A DNA stretch of 64,000 nt from Prochlorococcus sp. AG-409-O23 (GCA_003215355.1 QCKL01000001.1:51001-115000); one strand, 5' to 3'; positions 30,378 to 40,470 are shown, counted from the stretch's first letter. Numbers and translations: made by a program. Notes: generated by a model from the letters alone, not told the origin.

Positions 30378-31490
30378 TTAGCTAATTTTAACAGCAGCAA
30401 TTGTTGTTAGCTTTTGCGATTCAGAATCCCAAAGTATGTAGTCAAAGCAATCATATATATCTCCGATTCTTAGATTCTTCGAGTCCTGCAAGAGATGCTT
30501 GTTGGTCAAATGACAAGCCCGCAAGTTGTAGTTCGGGATACGGTCACACAAATGATGAATACTGTGGAAAGAAATATCAGCGAAGAACCAATTCAGCCAT
30601 TCAGGGATATCAAGATTGCTACTTCCTTCAACTGCTCCAAGCAATGGACTCCAATCATCAGTCCCATGAGCATATGAACCATTGAAATTATGCTGAACAA
30701 AGAATATACAGATAAAAATAGCTGCTGAGACTGTCATCACAATCGAATAGCAACTCCAAAACAGGCCAGGGCCAAGCCATTTACTCATAAGGACCCAACC
30801 GGTCAAAACAAACAAGTTATTTGCAATTAAATCTATTATTTCACCCAAGGTACTGCCATATCCAGAGTGATGCAGTCGCACACGAGTGGATATGGACTGA
30901 AGACTTGCGAAGTTTTTTTTACGGACGCCATCTAACAATTCCATAAATATTGACCATATAAAATCAACGAGTGCATGAACCAAAGTCAATCTAGGCTTAA
31001 TAATTAAATAATAGAATCCGCCTGGGAATAGCATCAGCCAATGACGACTGATTGCATAAAATAATTGACTTTGTTTAGGGAGTGCTTGAAATTCTCGAAC
31101 GGTGAGAACATCTATCGGACCGCGATATATCTGCCAATTTCCGTTATGTCGATGATGAAAAGCATGATCACGCGACCAAGGATATTGTGGGATTGCATTC
31201 AGTACTCCCAACGAAAATCCCATCGAGCGATTGAGCCAACGAGAGCTGAACAATGAGTTATGTCCACAGTCATGCATCAACGAAAAGGCACGCGATGAAA
31301 ACAACGCCAAGAGCCCAAGCACAGGAATTAAGGCGAAGATTTTCAACGAAGTAATCCAAGAAGCTTGATCAATCCTTGCAACACTCCACCAAAGCAATGC
31401 CACTGGAACAAATGTCACTAAAAGCTGCCACGTTGCTCTTGCATTGCTTCTCTGCAAGAAAGGCGTAATGGAAAAATCAGCTCTTTTCAA
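30378..31490 (-). CDS. membrane fatty acid desaturase
   Basis: Three His boxes: HDCGH, HAFHHRH and HSIHH. Four or more TM helices, 370 aa. Confidence 0.85.
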   Translation of the reverse strand: MKRADFSITPFLQRSNARATWQLLVTFVPVALLWWSVARIDQASWITSLKIFALIPVLGLLALFSSRAFSLMHDCGHNSLFSSRWLNRSMGFSLGVLNAIPQYPWSRDHAFHHRHNGNWQIYRGPIDVLTVREFQALPKQSQLFYAISRHWLMLFPGGFYYLIIKPRLTLVHALVDFIWSIFMELLDGVRKKNFASLQSISTRVRLHHSGYGSTLGEIIDLIANNLFVLTGWVLMSKWLGPGLFWSCYSIVMTVSAAIFICIFFVQHNFNGSYAHGTDDWSPLLGAVEGSSNLDIPEWLNWFFADISFHSIHHLCDRIPNYNLRACHLTNKHLLQDSKNLRIGDIYDCFDYILWDSESQKLTTIAAVKIS

Positions 31491-31738
31491 TTGAGAACTC
31501 TGCGAAGGTAATTCATGGCATCAGCCAAGAACAAAGAAGTTTTGGATAGTCTGCAACTTTGAGCGAATAGAAACGGCAAATGCCAGAGAGACCTCTTCAT
31601 TTGTCAAATATTGGCATCGAATGCACCTCCTTGCTTGCCAACGGCCTAATTCCCCAAATCTGATTGATCAATGCTCATGAGTCTTCTTTCCTTAGATGTA
31701 AGAAAAGAATCTCAAAGGAGGTAAATAAAGGCTAAACA

Positions 31739-32260
31739 TTATTTTGTGATATCTACACTCCCTACTGGAACCAGGAAATTCACTATTGCAGGTATCAAAA
31801 ACAGAACTGTGATTAATCTCACAGCATGCAAAGCCGCAACAGCTGCACCAACCCCGAACTCCGCGCCCACAAGACTCATCCCTATAGTTCCTCCTGGGGC
31901 TGCCCCCAATAGAGCTACGATTTTATCTACTCCAAGAAATTTACTAATCAATAGTCCAACAAGGATCCCAGCTATCAAAAGAGTAAAGGTTATAACCAAT
32001 GCAGGCTTCCAGAGCAATTGCAATTCCCCCAATGTTTCTCGATTAATCCCCGTCCCAATAACCGTTCCTATCCCTATCCCAAGTACTGTCTTTGTACCTA
32101 AAGGCCATGCCGCAACTTCAAGCTGGCCACTAATGCTTAATAAGCCGGCCCCTAATATTGCCCCTAAAAGTGGGCCCGCAGGCACACCAGTTAGAAGCAT
32201 TAGAGCCCCCAACGATGCACCCCCAAGGAGGTATAGCAGCAAAGTCACTAAAGAAGGCAT
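31739..32260 (-). CDS. AbrB-duplication type membrane protein (putative ammonia monooxygenase-like family, half-size)
   Basis: 173 aa, Gly/Ala/Leu-rich and polytopic (LLGAILGAGLLSISG...IGMSLVGAEFGVGAAVAALHAVRLI). Family assignment is tentative. Confidence 0.5.
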   Translation of the reverse strand: MPSLVTLLLYLLGGASLGALMLLTGVPAGPLLGAILGAGLLSISGQLEVAAWPLGTKTVLGIGIGTVIGTGINRETLGELQLLWKPALVITFTLLIAGILVGLLISKFLGVDKIVALLGAAPGGTIGMSLVGAEFGVGAAVAALHAVRLITVLFLIPAIVNFLVPVGSVDITK

Positions 32261-32843
32261 TTAAATTGGTTCAGGTATGTATCCAAGTTTCTCGCTTTTA
32301 GGATTGGTTTATCAAGTCCACCAAAAAGGGAGAAGCCTATGATCAATCTATTTGATGAAAAAGGTGTCCCACAGATGTCTGAACCATTTTTAAAAGTGAA
32401 ATCAAAAAAGTTGCAAAAGTAGGTTATTGAAAATAGCTTGAGTCTTAACCAGTCTTATACCGTTCAATTGATGACTAACACTCCAACTAACAAGCATGTT
32501 GATTTAATAAGAGTTCTCAATGGAGTTGCTTTACTTTTATGCGCTTTGTGCCTTGCCTTTATTGCTGTGAGCTTGCGCCCAGTTGCTCAATGGGCAACAA
32601 ATCAAAACATCTGCGTTGAACAAGAGACAGTGAAATCTAAGGCTCCTATTTCATGGGGCGTTAGAAAATGCAATGGGCGATCAAAAGTATATAAAGTGAT
32701 GGAAAAATAGTTTCCTAGTCAAAAGAGAAACAGCTTTTCAAAACGGCATTTTTACCAAATACTCCTAAATGGCTTTGAATATAGCGATGAGGTGAATCTT
32801 CAAAGTGAAGCCAGCTAAAAGCCGAATTCAATAGGGATATCTT

Positions 32844-33119
32844 TCATACCCTCATTGAATTTAAAGTCTCTAAAGCTTTTTCTATAGATAGTCCAGCCAT
32901 AGCATTAGCAGCTATCCAAGCTTGATCGTCAGAAACGCCTTCTAGAAGTTCAATTAGTTCTTTCGCAGTTTCCTTGTCTCCACCAACTTTCTCAGGACTT
33001 TCCTTGAGCAGCTTTATATTCTTTTGGAGTGTCATCCTGCCATTGCGTCTAACAAGTTGGTTTTGAAGCTTGCAACGCCAATTGGTATGGAAAGACGTGC
33101 CATCTATAGATTCATACAT
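32844..33119 (-). CDS. hypothetical protein
   Basis: 91-aa ORF with no motif. Confidence 0.35.
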   Translation of the reverse strand: MYESIDGTSFHTNWRCKLQNQLVRRNGRMTLQKNIKLLKESPEKVGGDKETAKELIELLEGVSDDQAWIAANAMAGLSIEKALETLNSMRV

Positions 33120-33519
33120 TGAATGAAGCTGGCCATGTAATTTACAGGAGTTATTTAACGTGATCGTGGCTATTTTTGTTAGGTGTAATGCCTTCTTAGC
33201 AAAGTGGCATCCTTACTGATAAAAATTTGCTAGAGCCTTTTGATAGGAATATAGATGTTTGTGGATTGAGAATTGCAGGTTTGCCTGCAATGGGAGGACA
33301 GTCGCGGTACCTCACAAGTCTTAAGGTAGGCCGCTCACACGGCTAAGCAGCTTTTACAAAGAGATTCAGAAAGTATCAGCGAGACAAACCAAGATCGAGC
33401 TGTACAAGCTATGGAGAACAGAGTATGGAGTTACTGAGGAGACAACACAATCCCGTCTTTGCTGACTTATCAACTATTTTGAGACATTGATAATAAGATG
33501 TCGAGAAGCAAGTAAAGAT

Positions 33520-33550
33520 AAAAAGCCCATAGCTTGATCAGCTATGAGCT
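33520..33550 (-). terminator. rho-independent terminator after the znuA/outer-membrane-protein operon
   Basis: On the minus strand, GCTCATAGC-TGATCAA-GCTATGGGC (one G-U pair) is followed by TTTTT, about 40 nt after the 33586 stop. Confidence 0.65.
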
Positions 33551-33585
33551 CAAAGGAATGCCTAAGAAAAAGTTAGACTTATCTT

Positions 33586-34554
33586 TCAAAAGCGGAACGT
33601 AACTCCTGTCCCAACATGGTGTTGCCAACCTTGACCCCATTTAGAGCCATCCTTATCACTATAAGTAGGTTGCCAATGAACAAATAACGCTGCGTTATCA
33701 CCTACAGGACGACTGATCTCGATTTCACCAGCGAAATCAGTACGTTCGCTTGTACTTGCCTCAGATGATGGGACAAAGAAACGAGGCCCACCTTCTATTT
33801 TGAGAGCAATTAAATCGTAATTAAATTCGACTCCTACTCTAGGATCTGTGTAATTACCTTGCCATTCTCCAACTGAATTCCAACCTTGACGGTGTTCCAA
33901 ACTTACATAAGCTCCATCAGTGAGATCCTTAAAGTTATCGCCGAGTGCGAAATTAACATCCCCTTCACCGAAAGCATATAGTACTTTTGCGCCAATTGAA
34001 TTTTTGGTTCCTTTCTTTTCTTCTCCCTGATTTTCTGTAACTATATAAGGCTGGGTATCTACTGCCACACTAAGGCGATCATTGGGAGCATATGTGGCTT
34101 TCAAGTAACCACGGAAATCTTCTCGTTTGTAGTCAGTGTCGTGCTCAGCATGCTCTTCTTCATGATCGTCATGATCGTCATGATCGTCATGATCGGAATG
34201 TACGGCACCATAAAAATGTTCTGCTTCACCCCATACTCCGACAGGTCCAAAAGCACCTTCAATAGAGAATTTCCCACCGTTCTCTAATCCCCATTCCATC
34301 AAACCTCCAAAGAGTCCATCAAGGCCATAATGTTCTGGTTTTCCTTCAATATTATTTTCAAAACCACCATGAGCTTCCACGGTTATTTGAGGCGTCAACC
34401 TAAATTCACCTGCTTCTAAAGGCTCAGTTCCTCCTCCCCCATGGGCATGCCCCATACGAGGTAATAGTGAAGCATCAACGCTCGTCAATGCAACGCCTAA
34501 GAGTAATGAGGCTTTCAAAGGATTTAGTCTTTTAATAAAATTGTTAGACATCAA
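33586..34554 (-). CDS. putative outer-membrane beta-barrel protein with a His/Asp-rich metal-binding loop
   Basis: Signal peptide (KASLLLGVALTSVDA), alternating beta-strand-like segments, a C-terminal GVTFRF with terminal Phe, and the insert HSDHDDHDDHDDHEEEHAEHD. Lies immediately downstream of znuA. Confidence 0.6.
   Translation of the reverse strand: MMSNNFIKRLNPLKASLLLGVALTSVDASLLPRMGHAHGGGGTEPLEAGEFRLTPQITVEAHGGFENNIEGKPEHYGLDGLFGGLMEWGLENGGKFSIEGAFGPVGVWGEAEHFYGAVHSDHDDHDDHDDHEEEHAEHDTDYKREDFRGYLKATYAPNDRLSVAVDTQPYIVTENQGEEKKGTKNSIGAKVLYAFGEGDVNFALGDNFKDLTDGAYVSLEHRQGWNSVGEWQGNYTDPRVGVEFNYDLIALKIEGGPRFFVPSSEASTSERTDFAGEIEISRPVGDNAALFVHWQPTYSDKDGSKWGQGWQHHVGTGVTFRF
34161..34196. repeat. 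9-bp tandem repeat x4 inside the CDS (encodes the DHD repeats)
   Basis: CATGATCGT x3 followed by CATGATCGG. Confidence 0.9.
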
Positions 34555-34596
34555 ATTGATTAGGTAGTTGAGTTAGGAAATGAAGTAATAGGGCAA

Positions 34597-35520
34597 TTAA
34601 CGAATGTCCGCCCATTTTTGAGCAATCTGATCTGCTGTTTTTTGATCACAAGTGCTTCCCTGACCTTTTGTAATTACACAAATATTTGAGGTCGCAGTCT
34701 CAATTGTTGAAAGGCCACCAGGTGCAAGTCCATCAGGATATAGAGGAGTATTCATTACGGGAATGCCGCTAGCCCGACTGATGCGCCTAAGTGTCTTGTT
34801 TACTGGAAGAGATTCGGTGAACAAGACCCGGCTACCAGACTTTTGCACCTCAGACACAATCTTTCCAAGGCTGGAAGGACGGAGGGTTCCACCCGTGGCG
34901 AAGGAGTCAATCATAGGAAGTTCACGTAGTTTGAATCTTTTAATCAAATGACTAAAAGCACGATGTTGAGTTACGAGTACTCGATTTTCAGTAGGTATCG
35001 ATCTCAATTGAGCAGAAGTCCAGTTACTTAGGTCCTTTAGAACAGCCTTGGCGTTTTCAGTACGTGAGTTTAGTGCTGACACCTCAGATTGAGGCAACAC
35101 CTTTTGGAGGCTTTGTTCAATAACCGTCGACATTGCAGAGACATTATTTGGATCATGCCAAACATGTGGGTCTTTGCCCTTATATCTAGGCATTGCTTTC
35201 TCTGCGACTGCTAGTACAGAAGCTTTTGTAGATAGTTTTAGGGCTGAAGGGGTTAAATAAAAACCGTTATGAAAAACAACATCTGCCTTTGCTATAGCTT
35301 GTAAGTCTTTGGGCTTCAGACGATAAAAGTGTGGATCTCCAGTTGGTGGAATCACACAGTAAACATCCGCAGATTTGGAAGCAATAGTCCGCACAACATC
35401 ACAAAGAACACCATCAAAAGCAACTACACCGGGTTTAACCTCAGAAGCTTTTGCAAGGCTTGAGCCAAAGAAAAGACTACAAACAACCGAGCAGCCAGTA
35501 AGAACGAATCTAACTCTCAC
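34597..35520 (-). CDS. znuA: periplasmic metal (probably zinc) binding protein of an ABC transporter, ZnuA/TroA family
   Basis: Signal peptide plus cluster-9 solute-binding motifs (GDPHFYRLKPKD, DPHVWHDP). Adjacent to znuC, zur and znuB. Confidence 0.82.
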   Translation of the reverse strand: MRVRFVLTGCSVVCSLFFGSSLAKASEVKPGVVAFDGVLCDVVRTIASKSADVYCVIPPTGDPHFYRLKPKDLQAIAKADVVFHNGFYLTPSALKLSTKASVLAVAEKAMPRYKGKDPHVWHDPNNVSAMSTVIEQSLQKVLPQSEVSALNSRTENAKAVLKDLSNWTSAQLRSIPTENRVLVTQHRAFSHLIKRFKLRELPMIDSFATGGTLRPSSLGKIVSEVQKSGSRVLFTESLPVNKTLRRISRASGIPVMNTPLYPDGLAPGGLSTIETATSNICVITKGQGSTCDQKTADQIAQKWADIR

Positions 35521-35586
35521 GCAATCAAGAAAACAATTTCACGAAATGGTAAGCATCTAGGCCCAATCTGAAAGAAAAATGTCTTG

Positions 35587-35607
35587 AAATGAAAACGATT
35601 TTCATTT
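35587..35607. promoter_or_regulatory. Zur/Fur-type operator palindrome in the znuA-znuC divergent intergenic region
   Basis: AAATGAAAA-CGA-TTTTCATTT, a perfect 9-3-9 inverted repeat, AT-rich like Fur-family boxes, lying between the divergent znuA and znuC starts. Confidence 0.6.
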
Positions 35608-35639
35608 TTAAGCGTGCGCTAGTCTCTGAAGGTGAGATT

Positions 35640-35666
35640 TTCACGCTATTCACGCTATTCACGCAT
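35640..35666. repeat. three tandem 9-bp direct repeats just upstream of the znuC start
   Basis: TTCACGCTA, TTCACGCTA, TTCACGCAT, ending 6 nt before the TTG at 35673. Confidence 0.85.
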
Positions 35667-35672
35667 TCTTGA

Positions 35673-36368
35673 TTGACTAATCTCATTGCAAAAAGCCTGT
35701 CATTTTCCTATGGCAAAGAATCTGTTCTAAAGGACATTTCTCTAGAGCTGAAAACAGGAACTCTTACAGCTCTTGTTGGTCCAAATGGAGCAGGAAAATC
35801 AACCTTGCTGCGCCTATTACAAGGTCAGCTCATCTCGCATCAAGGAGAAATTTTTTTAGATGAGCATCCTTTAGGAGCAAATCGAAGTCAAGTTGCATTA
35901 ATGCCTCAAAGAAGCTCTATCAATTGGAATTTCCCTATCACTACTGAAGGATTGGTAGCACTGGGTCAAATGAATGCTGCCAATCAATCATGTTGCAAGA
36001 CAGAAGCCTCACTTCAACGGGTTGGTCTTGCCGCTTTAGCTAAGAAACGACTTGATTCACTGTCTGGAGGACAGCAACAAAGAGCCTTACTTGCAAAAAC
36101 GCTGGCACAAAATGCATCTGTTTTCCTTTTGGATGAACCCTGTGCGGCACTTGACCCTCCATCCAGGGAGCAGTTTCTAAGCATTATTCGTCAGCTTGCT
36201 AAAGCGGGGTTAACGATATTTGTCAGTAGCCATGACTGGGGTCAAGCTTTAAATGCTTACGACAAAGTCATAACACTTGATCGAACTGTTTTGGCCTTTG
36301 GAACTCCAGAAGAGGTGAGAAGCAAGCTTCAATCAATTAGTAGTATGGGTAACCACTGTTGTGACTAA
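35673..36368 (+). CDS. znuC: metal ABC transporter ATP-binding protein
   Basis: Walker A GPNGAGKST, signature LSGGQQQR, Walker B FLLDEP. TTG start. Confidence 0.85.
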   Translation: MTNLIAKSLSFSYGKESVLKDISLELKTGTLTALVGPNGAGKSTLLRLLQGQLISHQGEIFLDEHPLGANRSQVALMPQRSSINWNFPITTEGLVALGQMNAANQSCCKTEASLQRVGLAALAKKRLDSLSGGQQQRALLAKTLAQNASVFLLDEPCAALDPPSREQFLSIIRQLAKAGLTIFVSSHDWGQALNAYDKVITLDRTVLAFGTPEEVRSKLQSISSMGNHCCD

Positions 36369-36375
36369 TCAATAT

Positions 36376-36807
36376 TCAGGTTTCAGCCACTTTCTGACGC
36401 TGGTGACAACTCTTACAAAGGCCAAAGAATTCAAGTGTATGAAACAAAAGCTCAAAGTTTTTTGTTTGCGTCTTAGGCAATTCAATGTTTTTGATTGGAC
36501 AGGACTTCAAAACAACTGTTTGACCACAGTCAACACAAGTCAGATGATGATGGTCCCTACTCACAGGGCTATAGAGAGTCTCGCCTGTTGGGAGGTTGCG
36601 ACATCGAACCAATCCTTTCTGCTGAAGAGTGCGAAGGTGTCGATAAACAGTAGTCAACCCCATATTGGAAGACCCTTCGATCAATTTGCGATGAAGTTGT
36701 TGGCCGCTGATCTCATCAGCACAATTGTTCAACTGCTCCAATATATTTTGTTGACGAGTCGTCAAACCAGTGCTTTGCTCGACCATTCTCTGAGGTGTGA
36801 ATCTCAT
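36376..36807 (-). CDS. zur: Fur-family transcriptional regulator, probably zinc uptake regulator
   Basis: Winged-helix region (GLTTVYRHLRTLQQKGLV), HHHLTCVDCG and CKSC metal sites. Embedded in the znu locus. Confidence 0.8.
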   Translation of the reverse strand: MRFTPQRMVEQSTGLTTRQQNILEQLNNCADEISGQQLHRKLIEGSSNMGLTTVYRHLRTLQQKGLVRCRNLPTGETLYSPVSRDHHHLTCVDCGQTVVLKSCPIKNIELPKTQTKNFELLFHTLEFFGLCKSCHQRQKVAET

Positions 36808-36836
36808 GCCTTTACCAAGATTAATCTTTTAGTTCA

Positions 36837-37625
36837 TTGTTAGAAGCATTTTTCACCAATTGGTGGGCTTTACCATTCCTAATGGCACTTTTAATCGGAA
36901 TGCTTTGTCCTGCAACTGGTGCTGTCTTGATCACGCATCGTCGCCTTCTCCAAGCCAATTTAATTTCGCATGCAGTAGTTCCAGGGATAGTCTTAGCTCT
37001 GGCTATAGGAGTTGATCCTTCATTTGGTGGGGTGCTTAGTGGATTAGTCGGGGCTCTTGTTGCAGAAAGACTTGCCTCAAAAAGCAAAGGAAACAATGAG
37101 GGGATCATTAATACTGTTCTCGCAGGCACACTTGGCTTAGGGGTTTTATTGATTCCTCTTTTAGAGATAAGAGTTGATCTGGAATCTATTTTATTTGGAG
37201 ATCTTCTTGCCGTTGGGACAGATGATCTAATGAGAACCTTAGTCGCTGCAATTGCATTACTCCTACTCTTAAGAACTTCATATCAGAAATTGGTATATCT
37301 TGGCCTAGACGCTGAAGGTGCAGCTGCTAGTGGTTTAAATGTTTCTTCATTGCGTTTAACACTTGGCCTTGTAACTGCCCTCGTTGTTGTGAGTTCTATG
37401 GCAGCTGTAGGTGTCATTTTGGTTATAGGTTTGCTCTCAGCACCAGCTATTTTTGGCTTAAGTCATGCCCCTAGCTTGCATTCTGCAATGGTACGTTCTG
37501 CTGGGTATGGAACTCTATTGACATTTATAGGTTTTTTGCTTTCGATTGGCTTTAACCTTTCACCTGGCCCTCTTATAGGAGTTCTTTGCTTACTTTCTGT
37601 ACTGTTTCTCAAAGAGAAAACGTGA
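36837..37625 (+). CDS. znuB: metal ABC transporter permease (ABC-3 family)
   Basis: 262 aa with about 8 TM helices. N-terminus WWALPFLMALLIGMLCPATGAVLITHRRLLQANLISHAVVPG is typical of ZnuB/TroCD-type permeases. Confidence 0.85.
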   Translation: MLEAFFTNWWALPFLMALLIGMLCPATGAVLITHRRLLQANLISHAVVPGIVLALAIGVDPSFGGVLSGLVGALVAERLASKSKGNNEGIINTVLAGTLGLGVLLIPLLEIRVDLESILFGDLLAVGTDDLMRTLVAAIALLLLLRTSYQKLVYLGLDAEGAAASGLNVSSLRLTLGLVTALVVVSSMAAVGVILVIGLLSAPAIFGLSHAPSLHSAMVRSAGYGTLLTFIGFLLSIGFNLSPGPLIGVLCLLSVLFLKEKT

Positions 37626-37977
37626 ATAAATTAGAGGCAGGTAAGTCCATTGCGAACTAGCAATCGTTATCATTTTTTTAATAAAATTCTTTTGCGATTG
37701 TCATTATCCAAAGAATTGGCCAATCATGGCTGATCTCAGGGCCTCCAGGCTGCGGCACGGCTACCTAGGGGCTAATCGCAATGTAGAAACAAAAAGGTGC
37801 ATGGGTCTATTTGCACCTCGCTTGATACCCATTCTTCTACCTGAACAACAAGCACAGCGTTTAGAAAAATAGATCCCAGGAATCATCAATAAGCAAATTG
37901 AAGTGGCATTCTTGAGAAAATTACATTTACCAAATTTATTGTTATATCTAAAAAAATAGCCTCTAAAAAAGCAAGTT

Positions 37978-38724
37978 TTAATAGTTCTTTCCGACAGTAG
38001 ACTGCTGTCTAACTAACTCAAAGAACTCTTGTTTAAGATTAGGGTCATGTCGGAAATCTCCTCTGACCACCGAGTTGATCATGCTGGTATCTGGCTCTTT
38101 AACTCCTCGCCACTTCATGCAATAATGTTGTGCTTTTATAATTATTCCTAGCCCTTTAGGATTACATAGGTTCTCAATTTCATCAGCAAGTATCATTACG
38201 GCCTCTTCCTGAATATGAGGCCTAGAAAATACCCAATCTGCAACTCTTGCAAATTTTGAAAGGCCAATGACTTTATCTCCAGGCTTAATGCCTATCCAAC
38301 AATCCCCAAGGATTGGGACCAAATGATGTGAGCATGCAGATCTAACAGTTATTGGTCCCACTGTATAAATTTCATCTAAATTTTTATCATTTGGAAAGCT
38401 AGTGACTTTTGGCTGCTTATGATATCTACCTTTGAATACTTCATTGATATACATCCTAGATACTCTTTCTGCTGTTTCCTGAGTGTTATGGTCATTGTCA
38501 ACATCAATCAAAAGAGTTTTAAGCAATTCTCTAACCCTAGTTGCTACCTCTCTTTCTAGAGTTTCTAGTTCACCAGGCAATATATAATCGGAAATATTAT
38601 CATTAGCATGAAATCTAGCGTTATCAGATTTAATCCTTGAGCGAATTATTTCAGAAACCAACTTGCAAGAAAACCTTTCTTCACTCCCCTCATTAATATT
38701 TTTGGTTGGGTTTGTACTAGTCAT
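37978..38724 (-). CDS. folE: GTP cyclohydrolase I (type IA)
   Basis: VRSACSHHLVPILG...VIGLSKFARVADWVFSRPHIQEE, the FolE zinc and catalytic motifs. Confidence 0.88.
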   Translation of the reverse strand: MTSTNPTKNINEGSEERFSCKLVSEIIRSRIKSDNARFHANDNISDYILPGELETLEREVATRVRELLKTLLIDVDNDHNTQETAERVSRMYINEVFKGRYHKQPKVTSFPNDKNLDEIYTVGPITVRSACSHHLVPILGDCWIGIKPGDKVIGLSKFARVADWVFSRPHIQEEAVMILADEIENLCNPKGLGIIIKAQHYCMKWRGVKEPDTSMINSVVRGDFRHDPNLKQEFFELVRQQSTVGKNY

Positions 38725-39315
38725 AGTTAACTGTAGATCAACAAGGTAGCGAGAGCTATTAAGTAATTACGTTAGAAAAGCAGTGAGACTATAGCACATC
38801 GATTGAAAGTCCATCTCAAGAAAAGCAATCATAGACAAGGATGTCCTATTTAATACATTCGCTCAAAGCATGGGAGACTAAAGCAGGAATTAAAACTCAT
38901 TTAAATTGCGGGTAAAGTGAGTATAAGGAATTTTCTCTTTGATTGAGGGCAAAGACGCAGACCAAATAGAGCTAACTCAAAACTTATTGTTTATCGTCAT
39001 AGCCTATTCAAAATACTTGCGAGGCACGATGAAGACAGCCTTTGCAAGCCAAGCAGGCTTATCCCAACTCAGTCAAAATCGTGAAAAAGCCTACGCAAAA
39101 AGCGATATGATTGATTTTCACTGTTAGCCAATGAAAAAGTTGGCAGGCATTAGAAGTAGAACCATATCCACAAGCTCAAGAAAAGTCGTCAACCCTTATT
39201 TTTAACTTTTTTAGCCGCTAAAAAATCATATAACGAGCTAGTTAAAGGGCAATGCATAAACCAATGTCTAATTTCTATATTCAAGCCTTATTACGCAATG
39301 GATCGCAAATCATGT

Positions 39316-40047
39316 TTAGCCTCGCCTAAGAATCAATTGGAAATGACTAGTTTTTAATGGTTCAGCTTGCAATCTCTCCCCTGGTGCAGAATAGATAACT
39401 TGCCATTGCTCACCACAAATTGTCTCTAAAGATAAATCTTCAAAGGCAGCCGTTGATGATTTACATAATTGATACTTTGACAAAGTTTCCACTTGTTTGA
39501 CTCTTGAAATCTCCAAAGTGTGAAAGATCTGTAAGACCAATTCATCTACAAAGAATTCATCTTCATTCTCAAAATATTGGTTCCTGCCAATTACCTTGGT
39601 TTCAAGAAATGCATGCTCATCAAATTTTGCCAACTGGTGATTAGGGGAGCTTGGGTCATCTTTTACAGACAAAAGTTGATCTCCTAAGATAGCCTTGCCA
39701 ACTGATAGAGCATTAAAAGAACGATCACCAACTAGCTCATCGGAACTATTTAGAATAAACCTAGCTTGATATTCAATAGGTTTTTCCCCAGGTCTTTTCA
39801 AATCTGTACTTTCTACTATCCAAAGGCCAGTAAACCAAGATGGATAAATAATATCTCTTTTCAAACCTGAGCGATTAAAAGGTCCAGGGAGTTTCCATTC
39901 AGGCCAATCAAATTGTCGGTTTACGAGAGATAAGTGTTTATGATTTTTGACTAAAGGGCTTGCAAACAAAAGCGAAGAGCATGCAAACAATATAATGAGT
40001 AAAATTATTCCTTGAAAGAGAAAATTTATTAGCGGCCAGCGAAGCAT
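39316..40047 (-). CDS. conserved hypothetical secreted/membrane-anchored protein
   Basis: 243 aa with an N-terminal hydrophobic signal or anchor (LFQGIILLIILFACSSLLFA). Confidence 0.5.
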   Translation of the reverse strand: MLRWPLINFLFQGIILLIILFACSSLLFASPLVKNHKHLSLVNRQFDWPEWKLPGPFNRSGLKRDIIYPSWFTGLWIVESTDLKRPGEKPIEYQARFILNSSDELVGDRSFNALSVGKAILGDQLLSVKDDPSSPNHQLAKFDEHAFLETKVIGRNQYFENEDEFFVDELVLQIFHTLEISRVKQVETLSKYQLCKSSTAAFEDLSLETICGEQWQVIYSAPGERLQAEPLKTSHFQLILRRG

Positions 40048-40134
40048 TCCCTAGGTCCTATTGCAATTGGGCAGTCAGTACAAGTCTTCATAAAACCCTC
40101 AGGTTTATCTAGTCAGAGGTTTGATTACTGCATA

Positions 40135-40470
40135 TTAACTCCCTAATTTAAAGCCTGAGCCGCACATACTTGGTTCTGCTCCTTCGGGGGAGCTAATCAA
40201 GAAGCCTCCACCACTCAAATCACTATAATAATCAAGACTTAAACCTTTTAATAAACTAAGTTGCTCTGCAGGAGCAAATAAAGTGACTCCATCCTTTCTT
40301 GAAATAGGAGTGCCATCTTGCTTCCCACATCTAACTCGAATATATAACCAGCCTTCACCAAAGCCATCAGGCAACAAATCAATGTGCATTTCACCTGGAG
40401 TACCACCGAATGCAGATTGTCTTATCAATTCAGCAGCAGCAGATTTGGAAATAGTTAAGTTACAACTCAT
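40135..40470 (-). CDS. HesB/IscA-like domain protein (tentative)
   Basis: 111 aa. N-terminal LTISKSAAAELI and C-terminal CGSGF resemble an Fe-S assembly A-type carrier, but the Cys set is incomplete. Confidence 0.4.
   Translation of the reverse strand: MSCNLTISKSAAAELIRQSAFGGTPGEMHIDLLPDGFGEGWLYIRVRCGKQDGTPISRKDGVTLFAPAEQLSLLKGLSLDYYSDLSGGGFLISSPEGAEPSMCGSGFKLGS

Noticed and set aside
31746-32264. 172-aa plus-strand ORF fully antisense to the 31739-32260 membrane protein gene
   Set aside because: It is a mirror ORF produced by the Gly/Ala/Leu-rich codon composition of the minus-strand gene. Its product is Pro/Thr/Asn-rich and low-complexity, with no membrane or domain logic, so I kept only the minus-strand call.
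33230-33470. GC-elevated intergenic stretch with short hairpins (TTGCAGG-TTTG-CCTGCAA) as a possible riboswitch or sRNA
   Set aside because: It has no recognisable conserved motif, no clear terminator on the plus strand and no downstream plus-strand gene. The evidence is too weak to call without expression or covariation data.
36361-36843. 160-aa plus-strand ORF overlapping zur
   Set aside because: It is antisense to a clear Fur-family gene with intact motifs. It has no motif of its own, and the znuC stop and znuB start already account for the plus-strand layout.
37978-38724. folE next to the zur/znu locus as a zinc-sparing FolE2 paralog
   Set aside because: The protein carries the Zn-dependent type IA motifs (CSHH). 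It is convergent to znuB rather than in the operon, and no Zur-type palindrome is visible upstream of it.
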